Shown piece by piece: positions 17,581 to 25,012 of a stretch of DNA of 64,000 bases. This DNA is from Desulfobacteraceae bacterium. Lineage in GTDB: Bacteria > Desulfobacterota > Desulfobacteria > Desulfobacterales > UBA5616. Position 1 is the first letter of the stretch, and the number at the start of each line of letters is the position of its first letter. The translations under genes and the position numbers were made by a program. A model generated the notes under the pieces. That model did not search any database. It worked only from the letters and a program-made list of their open reading frames with translations, and was not told the DNA's origin. Where the stretch lies: NCBI GenBank assembly GCA_013791935.1, contig VMSV01000023.1, forward strand, positions 4,779-68,778. Reading direction: 5' to 3'.

Positions 17581-19386
17581 TCAATTGGTGGCTGTTGCCT
17601 GTTCCGTTTTCTTGCCCATGTCTTCCATCACATCGGCCTTGCCGTCATAGTCCAAATCCCGGTCCCGTTTCACCAGGGCCTCGGATTCGTCATAGGTTTC
17701 CCAAACATCCGCCTTGCCGTCGAAATTACTGTCTTCCTCCACGGTGTTCACCAAACCCTTGTCATAAAAAAACCACACATCCGGGTTGCCGTCCCCGTTG
17801 CCGTCCTTTTCCGCCTTAACGGCCTCCCCCCCGGGGTTGTAGGTCCACACCATGTTGAGCCTTCCTGTGCCGTCCTCATCTTTTTCACTTTTGGTCAAAT
17901 GGCCCTTGTCGTCATAATACTCCCGCTCATTGATGGTTCCGTTGCTTTCCGGATCGCTTTCCTTGATGCACAGGGTCTTGTCCTTGAAAAAGGACCTCAG
18001 CTCCGGGTTTCCGTCGCTGTTCTCATCCACCTCCAGGACGGTGGTCCATCCGGGTCGGTCGAACCACTGGACGGTTTCAAAATGGCCGTTGTCATCCATA
18101 TCCTTGATGAGTTTTTTCTTTTCCTCGTTTTGATAGAAAACTTTCAGATCCACGGCACCGTTTTCGTTTTCGTCCTTTTCCACCCGGACCAATCGACCGG
18201 CTTCGTAGTACTGCCAGGTGTCGGTCTTGCCATTGAAATCCGCGTCACTTTCCACCCGCTCTTTTTCTTCCTTTGGGTTAAAATAGATCCGGATATCGGG
18301 GTCCCCCTTTTTATCCTCATTCACGGTTTGGAGATAAAGCTTTGATTTTTTATAATGAGAAACGGTTTCAATAAACCCGTCCCCGTCCGCGTCGTATTCC
18401 ACCTTCACGGCCTCTCCGTCCTTGAAAAACCGGATGCGGTCGATCCGGCCGGTGAATCTGGAGTCTTCTTTCATTTCCTTTAAAACGCCCTGGACATCAA
18501 AGCTCAGGAATTGGTCCATGATATCGTCAAAGTTGGTGTCCTTTTCCTGGGAAAAGGGTTTTCCGTTCCGGAAGGCGGTAAACACATCAAACCTCCCATC
18601 GCCGTTGGTGTCCTTCTGCTGCTTGGAAGGCTGGCCGGAAAAAAAATCCGTTGCCGTATCCGTCTTTCCGTCCCCGTCCGAATCTTTTTTTTCCTGAAGA
18701 ATTTCACCCTTGCTGTAGGATCGGAATACTTCCATTTTGCCGTCTCCATTCAGGTCATGTTGGCTCTCACGGGGTTGCCCTTTGTCATCATACCACACCA
18801 CTTGTTCCACGGAGCCGTTGCCGTCGCTGTCTGATTTCTTCTCCACCGGCTTGTCATTTTTAAAGGTGATCCAGGTGTTGGGCTTTCCGTCCTCATCCGT
18901 GTCCCGGGTACAGGAGGCCAGCGCACCGGCCTGGTACAAATACCGGGTGTCCAGCTTCCCGTCTTCGGTGGTGTCTTTTTCCACGGTAAGCGGGCGCTCC
19001 TGCTCGTCAAACGTCACGCATTCGATCACTTTTCCCTTTGGGTTCAGTCTCTCCATGCGGACACGTTTTTCGTTTTTGAAGTAGTCGATTCCATCATTTT
19101 TCCCGTCAAAATCCGAATCCCGTTCCGCCCGGACCAGGACATTGTTCTCATAGTACTGGAACCGGTCCATTATTCCGTCCTGGTTGGTGTCGATATCGAA
19201 CTGCACTGCCTTGCCCGCACCATCAAAGTGGATGATCCGGTCGGTTTTGCCGTCGTTGTCCGTATCCTTTTCTACGGTTTTTGCGGAGGCTCCATGGGCC
19301 GGTTCAAGCCATACCGGGTTAAAAACCAAAGCCACGGCAAAGGCCCCACAAAGGATCGTGAATTTTTTTATCATTCTGTTTTTCAT
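17581..19386 (-). CDS. Secreted repeat protein with about 22 units of roughly 26 aa, each carrying a D-x-D-x-D-G-K-x-D (EF-hand/thrombospondin-type-3-like Ca-binding) motif
   Basis: Signal peptide MKNRMIKKFTILCGAFAVALVF...AHG. Repeated motifs include DTDNDGKTD, DSDFDGKND, DTDEDGKPN, DSDGDGKTD, DTNGDGRFD, DADGDGFIE, DSNFDGKAD and DLDYDGKAD. The gene sits between tonB and exbB. Confidence 0.7.
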   Translation of the reverse strand: MKNRMIKKFTILCGAFAVALVFNPVWLEPAHGASAKTVEKDTDNDGKTDRIIHFDGAGKAVQFDIDTNQDGIMDRFQYYENNVLVRAERDSDFDGKNDGIDYFKNEKRVRMERLNPKGKVIECVTFDEQERPLTVEKDTTEDGKLDTRYLYQAGALASCTRDTDEDGKPNTWITFKNDKPVEKKSDSDGNGSVEQVVWYDDKGQPRESQHDLNGDGKMEVFRSYSKGEILQEKKDSDGDGKTDTATDFFSGQPSKQQKDTNGDGRFDVFTAFRNGKPFSQEKDTNFDDIMDQFLSFDVQGVLKEMKEDSRFTGRIDRIRFFKDGEAVKVEYDADGDGFIETVSHYKKSKLYLQTVNEDKKGDPDIRIYFNPKEEKERVESDADFNGKTDTWQYYEAGRLVRVEKDENENGAVDLKVFYQNEEKKKLIKDMDDNGHFETVQWFDRPGWTTVLEVDENSDGNPELRSFFKDKTLCIKESDPESNGTINEREYYDDKGHLTKSEKDEDGTGRLNMVWTYNPGGEAVKAEKDGNGDGNPDVWFFYDKGLVNTVEEDSNFDGKADVWETYDESEALVKRDRDLDYDGKADVMEDMGKKTEQATATN

Positions 19387-19389
19387 GGG

Positions 19390-20106
19390 TCAGGTGGTCT
19401 CAAAAATGATGTTCAATTTCATGGGAATGTCGGACTTGAAAAATTTGAGAGGCGGCCTGGGAAAAGGCGCCGCGGTCTGCACAGCCTTCACCGCGGCCTC
19501 ATTCAGCACCTCATGCCGGCAGGGGGTCGCAATTTGAACCTCTTTGACTTCTCCTGCAATGGTCACCACAAAACTCACCGTCACCCGGCCCTGCTGCTGC
19601 AAGGACCGAGCGGATTCCGGGTAGCGTTTTGCGGATTCGATTTTCATCACCACCATTTCCAGGTAGCTTTTGGCATTCGTGTATTCCGCCCCCACATTGA
19701 GGAGATCCTCCATCTTGAATACCCCGGTGGTCTGGCCCATTCCGGCATCACTTTCAGGAATGCTGACCCCCTCCATTAACCCTTCCGCAAATTTTCCAGT
19801 GGGCGGATCCACGCTGATGGGCTTTACCGGTGCAATCCGATTGGGGGAAACGAAAATCTTCTTCACATCATGGGGCTGGTCCGGTTCCTTGGGCCGATGG
19901 GTAGGCCGGGGAATAGCCCGGTTGAAAGGCTTTCCGATGTCCTCCATGGTCAGTTCTATGAACTGAAGGGCTGCCTTGTTATAGAGCCCGGAGATATGTA
20001 AAAACAGTACAAAATGAATGGCGACGGAAACCAGAATCAGGCCCCGAAGCAGTTTATTGGGCTGTTTTTTGGGGGGAACAAATGCGTCCATGACCGTTGC
20101 TGTCAA
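19390..20106 (-). CDS. tonB: TonB energy-transducer protein
   Basis: N-terminal TM (LILVSVAIHFVLFL), a Pro-rich linker (IPRPTHRPKEPDQP), and a C-terminal TonB_C domain (GRVTVSFVVTIAGEVKEVQI...NEAAVKAV...PFPRPP). Confidence 0.9.
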   Translation of the reverse strand: MTATVMDAFVPPKKQPNKLLRGLILVSVAIHFVLFLHISGLYNKAALQFIELTMEDIGKPFNRAIPRPTHRPKEPDQPHDVKKIFVSPNRIAPVKPISVDPPTGKFAEGLMEGVSIPESDAGMGQTTGVFKMEDLLNVGAEYTNAKSYLEMVVMKIESAKRYPESARSLQQQGRVTVSFVVTIAGEVKEVQIATPCRHEVLNEAAVKAVQTAAPFPRPPLKFFKSDIPMKLNIIFETT

Positions 20107-20135
20107 AATTTATGCTTTCTTTTTCAGGGAAAAAC

Positions 20136-20180
20136 CCCCTCGCCTGCCGAACCCCGGAATCAAGTTCAACGGGCGAAGGG
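20136..20180 (-). terminator. Terminator-like hairpin between the interrupted receptor gene and tonB
   Basis: On the minus strand, CCCUUCGCC...GGCGAGGGG forms 9 bp (one G-U) with a long loop, followed by GUUUUUCC. Confidence 0.3.
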
Positions 20181-20191
20181 TTTCAAATCCA

Positions 20192-22363
20192 TCAGAATGA
20201 TGCTTTCATGGAAACTCCGTAAACCCTTCCAGGCATGGGGTACCCGTAAATCTCCTGGTATTCCTCACCCAGCACATTGCCCACAAAAAAGTGAGCTTTG
20301 AGGTTTTCCCGGAATTCATATTCCATGCCCACATCCACGGTGATGAAATCATCCAGGGTGTAGACATTGCCTTCGCTTTCCCGTTTGCCTACATACCGGA
20401 TATCGGATGTGAGCAGCGTTTTATCCCAGATACGGTACCGCAAGCCCAGGTTGGCCTTGTGTTCCGGTGCAATCTCCAATAAAATGGGGCTGACATCAAG
20501 GTCGGCGCCACTTGCATTTTTAAAATAAAGTTCTTCTTCATCGTAATCGGTTTTCCGGTAGGTGTAATTCCCGAAAAAGGTCAGCTTGTCCGACCATACG
20601 CTGTTAAATTCCATTTCCACACCGTAGAAAATGATCTCATTCATGTTAAAGCCATAAGTGCTCTCCGCATGGAAGGTATCCGCCGCATTGGCCACGATAT
20701 AGTTACTTACGTCAATGTAATAAAAATTCACCCGAGTTTCCAATTTCTCCATGGGACGGTGAAACACGCCTAAATCATAATGCCAACTGGTTTCCGTTTT
20801 GATTTCATCGCCTTTATTAACTGAGCCGAAACTGGCCCAAGCAGAGCGATCTCAGCACCCCGGGACATGGTAGTCCCTGTTCACGGAAACAAAAAGTTCC
20901 GTATCCGGATTGAACCGGTAGGTCAGGGTGGATTTGGGAAGCCATTCCACGGTTTTCAGCAGATGACGCACCGAGGGAGAACTGGCCGTTTCCTTGTATT
21001 CATAGGTCCATTCCCGAATGTGGGCGTATCGCAGTCCGTAAAACGCAGACCATTTCGGGGTGAAGTTAAAGGTGTCCTCGCCATATAGTGCGTTCATCCG
21101 CCATACATCGGGTTTGTTTTCAACCTCCATGCGGCGCTGATCATATCCTAAAATCAGGTTATGGTTTTCCCACTGATCGAAAATCGTTTGGAATCGACCG
21201 CCCTTCTGGGCTTCCTTTCGACCTTCGCCACCGCTGAAATAGGGCTCTAGTTTCAATTCGCCAGGATCAACAACTCCGTCTCCATTGCCATCCCCCTTAA
21301 CTGCCCGGTAATAGAAGGCATCCTCCTGGCCGGCGCTTTTGTACAATTGGAACTTGAGTCGAACATTCTTTACCGGTTGCTCATAGGCCAGATCCATGTG
21401 CCGGGCGCTCTTGTTCTTGTAATTGTCGCCTCCCGGGAAGGAGGTGTACCGGTAACGCCTCACCGTATCCGAATCCTGCCTCACGATCGGGTAATCCGGA
21501 TCATAAAGATCTTTGACCAACAAGGTGCTGGCCGGATCCTTTGGGTTAACCTTCAGGGTGCAATCCGGATCATTGACCACAGCAAATCCGTGTTCCATCT
21601 GAGATCCCTTGAGCCCCAGGGTTAAATTCCCTTCAAAGGGAAACAAATAATTCACCCTGGTGGAATAATCGTACCCTTGATAATCATTATTCAACAGATA
21701 GCCGTCGGATTCCTTGTACCCGTAATTCATAAAATATCCCAGGTCGCCCGCGCCGCCATCCACGGTCGCCCGGCCCACAAAGGAGTTGAACCGGGAATAA
21801 TCCGTGGTGAGATTGATATCGGGCCTCAGGGTCTCCTTCTTCTTGCCTTTTTTGGTGATGATGTTGATAATGCCGCCCTGGGAGTTCTCATACTGGGCCG
21901 ATGCGGCCCCCCGAATGACTTCGATTTTTTCGATGTCTCCGGTGGTGAGGCTGGACCAGTCCACGTAGGTGTCGGCCCCGGCAGTGGGCCCGGTGATGGT
22001 CCTCCCGTCAATGGCGATGGTGAACCGGCTGTCGTCAAATCCCCGCATCATGACCATCTGCTGGGGATCGGCTCCGGAGGTTCCGCGAAGCACGTCGATT
22101 CCGGTGAGGTGCATGAGGATATCCTCCACCCGGTCCACGGACCCGCTCTTGTTGAATTTTTCAATATCAATCACGGTTTTTGTGGGGGTGATGGTGACAG
22201 CCCCGCCGTAAAAGGCCGTCACGAAAATATCCCCCAGGTCAATGGCCTCGGATTTTGGACAATCCGGGCAATCCTCCTTTTCGGGCTCTGCAAATGCCAA
22301 AGGCGTCAGAATCATCCATCCCAACAACCAGCAGCAAATCAGAGCGGTTTTAGCCACTTTCAT
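20192..22363 (-). CDS. TonB-dependent receptor interrupted by one in-frame TGA at 20852..20854 (Sec/read-through candidate, or nonsense pseudogene)
   Basis: ORFs 20852..22363 (signal peptide, plug, N-terminal barrel) and 20192..20767 (C-terminal barrel ending in ...MKASF) are in the same frame, separated by TGA plus 27 sense codons. Confidence 0.8.
20821..20854 (-). other. In-frame UGA plus downstream hairpin (candidate SECIS-like element; unproven)
   Basis: UGA-GAUCGCUCUGC-[UUGGGCC-AGUUUC-GGCUCAG]. The stem is 7 bp including 2 G-U pairs and starts 11 nt after the UGA. Confidence 0.3.
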
Positions 22364-23376
22364 CTGTTTTTACCTCCTTCTCCTCTCTCGTTGTCATTTT
22401 CTTTTGGTTCGGGCAAATAACGGTAATCCACAAAATTCCCCACCGGAACTACTTCCGGCAGGAATTTCATCTGAATCATCATGGCCTGCTGCCGATCAAT
22501 CTGTTCTTCCGATTCCCGGCCGTCATTGAACTCCCGAAGGGCGGATTTCATCGCCACATCCATTTCCACCCCGGCATACTTGGGAATCCATTTCCGGGCT
22601 TCCGTTTCGTGGTTTCGAATAAAGTCAAAGGCCTCCACCAGTCCCCTTAAAAAAGCCCGGACATTTTCAGGGTGCTCAGCCAGATACTCATCCGTAAAAA
22701 ACAGCCCGCTGAAAATAAAACCCGGGATGGCATCGTTAAACGATGTCAGAAGCCTGCTCGCACCATGCATCTCCAGCATGGTCGCTGTGGGATCTCAGGC
22801 CACAATAACATCCACCCCCTTGGACCTTAAAGCCGCCTCATGCTTCATGGCATCATCCAGGCGGATCCCCTTGATGCAATGAACATCCTCACGGGTAAGC
22901 CCGGCTTTTTTCAAGGTTTCGGCAATCATCATGGCCGTGGTGAAGGACCCGGATTCCGCCACCCTGGTGCCTTTTAAATCGTAAATCGTGTGAATGCCGC
23001 TTTTTTGGTCCACATGGAGCCCGCAGCGTGTTCCTTTATGGGCATGGCCCAGCCAAACCACCACCTTGATGGGGATATTCCTCAACCCGGCGTGGAAGGC
23101 TGAGCCCATTTCCAGGTGCCCGGCTTGAATATCCCCGTGGAGGGCGGCTGCAATGATATTCTGCTCCCCCACCAGCCGGACCAGCTCCACATCAAGACCG
23201 TTCTTCTTCCAGAAGCCTTTCTCAATGGCCACATACAGGGGAAGATCATCTATACTCCGGCCATAGGTCACCTTCATGGTTTCTGTGGCTCCCACCGAAA
23301 CCATGGAAGTAAGGACCGCCAGTCCCACGATAAGTCCAAACGGAAGAATCCTCTTCAAACCCGCTCCATGTTTCAT
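22360..23376 (-). CDS. NMT1/THI5-SsuA/TauA-like periplasmic substrate-binding protein (NitT/TauT ABC family) interrupted by one in-frame TGA at 22795..22797
   Basis: Signal peptide MKHGAGLKRILPFGLIVGLAVLTS. ORFs 22795..23376 and 22360..22779 share a frame and are separated by TGA plus 5 codons. The stop overlaps the receptor start (ATGA). Confidence 0.75.
22762..22797 (-). other. In-frame UGA plus downstream hairpin (candidate recoding or re-initiation element; unproven)
   Basis: UGA-GAUCCCACAGCG-[ACCAUGC-UGGAGAU-GCAUGGU]. The perfect 7-bp stem starts 12 nt after the UGA and contains two in-frame AUGs. Confidence 0.3.
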
Positions 23377-23409
23377 TTCTGCTTTCTTCCTCTTTCATTG
23401 CGCCACCAC

Positions 23410-23480
23410 GTAGGATGGGTGAAACCCATCAACATAGCCGCCATTCCTTTTCATTTTTTGATGGGTTTCACCCATCCTAC
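23410..23480. repeat. Perfect 23-bp inverted repeat (25-nt spacer) in the permease/binding-protein intercistronic region
   Basis: GTAGGATGGGTGAAACCCATCAA ... TTGATGGGTTTCACCCATCCTAC. Each arm is itself a 7-bp palindrome (GATGGGT-nnn-ACCCATC). The right arm overlaps the permease stop codon. Confidence 0.85.
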
Positions 23481-24244
23481 CCGATTCCCGCCATGGAGGT
23501 CTCCGTGTGCCAGGATAAGACCCTTTTCTGCACCAGCCGCGCAACGCGGTCCAGAAAAAACCCCATCAGAGAGATGACGATGATTCCGGCAAACATCCTG
23601 TCTGTCGCAAAGGTTCTCTGGGCGTCTATCACCAGAAACCCGATTCCCGAATCCGCAGCCAGCATTTCCACCCCCACAATGGAGAGCATGGACATGGCCG
23701 TTGAAATTCGCATGCCCGTGATAATGGAGGGCATGGCGGAAGGAATCAGCACCATGGTCCACAGCCGCCGCCCCTCTGCGCCCAAAGACCGGGCGGCCTG
23801 GACCAGCCTGGCATCCACCCCCTTGATTCCGGCGATGGTGTTGATCACTATGGGGAAAAAGCAACCCTTGACGATGATGGCGGTTTTAGAAGCGTTTCCG
23901 ATGCCGAACCACACAAACATCACCGGAACCAGAGCGAAGGTGGAGATGGGCCGGATCAGCTCGATGAGGGGATCGAAAATCGTTTCAAAAATCCGGGACC
24001 AGGCCACCAGCAGGCCGATGAACAGGCCCAGCACCGCGGCAATCAGGTAACCTGAAAGCGCCCTTAGAATGCTGATGCCCACATGGGGAAAGATCTCCCC
24101 GGTGATGGTCATACCCCAGAGGGAGGTGAGCATGGCGCTGGGGGTGGGCAGAAAAAAGGGATCGATAAGGCCGGCCCTTCCGATCATTTCGCAGATGAGA
24201 AGAACGCCAAGGGGAGACAATGTTTTCCGCCAGTTGATTGTCAT
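23477..24244 (-). CDS. ABC transporter permease (NitT/TauT family, BPD_transp_1)
   Basis: Six TM segments with an EAA-like loop (GIKGVDARLVQAARSLGA). The Met at 24244 (MTINWRK) overlaps the ATPase stop (ATGA). The ORF-track N-terminal extension is rejected. Confidence 0.85.
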   Translation of the reverse strand: MTINWRKTLSPLGVLLICEMIGRAGLIDPFFLPTPSAMLTSLWGMTITGEIFPHVGISILRALSGYLIAAVLGLFIGLLVAWSRIFETIFDPLIELIRPISTFALVPVMFVWFGIGNASKTAIIVKGCFFPIVINTIAGIKGVDARLVQAARSLGAEGRRLWTMVLIPSAMPSIITGMRISTAMSMLSIVGVEMLAADSGIGFLVIDAQRTFATDRMFAGIIVISLMGFFLDRVARLVQKRVLSWHTETSMAGIG

Positions 24245-25011
24245 GGGTTTGCTTCCGATACTTCCTTCCACACCATCTGGCGCAGATCCTTTTCTATGGT
24301 TTTGAATTCCGGTAAAAACAGCGTTTCCCGGGTCCTGGGCCGAGGCAGGCCAACCGGAATATCCGCAATGATTTTTCCAGGCCTGCGGCTCATGATCAGC
24401 ACCCTGTCCGAAAGGTAGATGGCCTCGCTGATACTGTGGGTTACAAACAGAACCGTGCATTTGGCTTGCTGCCAGATGTTGAGCAGTTCCGCCTGCATCA
24501 TCTCCCGGGTCAGGGCGTCCAAGGCTCCGAAGGGCTCATCCATGAGCAGTAAAGACGGGTTATTGGCCAGGGCCCTGGCAATGGCCACCCTTTGTTTCAT
24601 CCCTCCGCTGAGTTCATGGGGGTATTGGTTTTCAAAAGCCTTAAGCCCCACCAGATCCATCAAATGGTAGGATATTCTTTTTTGTTCTTCCGAATCCTTC
24701 CCCCGAACCTTGGGGCCGAACTCAATATTTTTCCGGACCGTTTTCCAGGGAAACAACAGGTATTCCTGGAAAACAATGGCCCTTTCGGGGTCCGGACCCA
24801 GAATTTTTCGGCCTTTAAAAAGGATTTCTCCTTTTGTGGCTTTTTCCAGGCCGGCGGCCATGAGCAGAAACGTGGATTTGCCGCATCCGCTGGGCCCTAT
24901 GATGGACACGAATTCATTTTTTTCCACGCACACATTCAGGTCGGAAAGAGCTGTGATTTGCCTTCGTTTGCTGAACGCCTTTCCAAGTCCCCTTGCTTCG
25001 ATGAAGGCCAT
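24241..25011 (-). CDS. ABC transporter ATP-binding protein (NitT/TauT family)
   Basis: Walker A GPSGCGKST, signature LSGGMKQRVAIARAL, Walker B LLLMDEPFGALD. Confidence 0.95.
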   Translation of the reverse strand: MAFIEARGLGKAFSKRRQITALSDLNVCVEKNEFVSIIGPSGCGKSTFLLMAAGLEKATKGEILFKGRKILGPDPERAIVFQEYLLFPWKTVRKNIEFGPKVRGKDSEEQKRISYHLMDLVGLKAFENQYPHELSGGMKQRVAIARALANNPSLLLMDEPFGALDALTREMMQAELLNIWQQAKCTVLFVTHSISEAIYLSDRVLIMSRRPGKIIADIPVGLPRPRTRETLFLPEFKTIEKDLRQMVWKEVSEANP

Positions 25012-25012
25012 C

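Noticed and set aside
17581-19386. DNA-level tandem repeat, an RHS/toxin, or a diversity-generating-retroelement target in the repeat protein gene.
   Set aside because: The repeats are diverged at nucleotide level (periodicity is at protein level only). There is no reverse transcriptase, template repeat or toxin domain nearby.
20852-22797. Global reassignment of TGA (genetic code 4 or 25) as the explanation for the in-frame TGAs.
   Set aside because: Many well-delimited genes here terminate at TGA at the expected family length, for example the ATGA overlaps at 24241, 22360, 34138 and 55622. Only four in-frame TGAs are seen, and two of them are at classic Sec positions.
20821-22797. Shared C-UGA-GAUC octamer as proof of a common recoding signal.
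   Set aside because: The GAU after each UGA encodes an Asp that is probably conserved for protein reasons (the W-D-P-like and P-x-x-x-[DE] motifs). The remaining identity is only about 2 nt. It is kept as a weak supporting observation, not as evidence.
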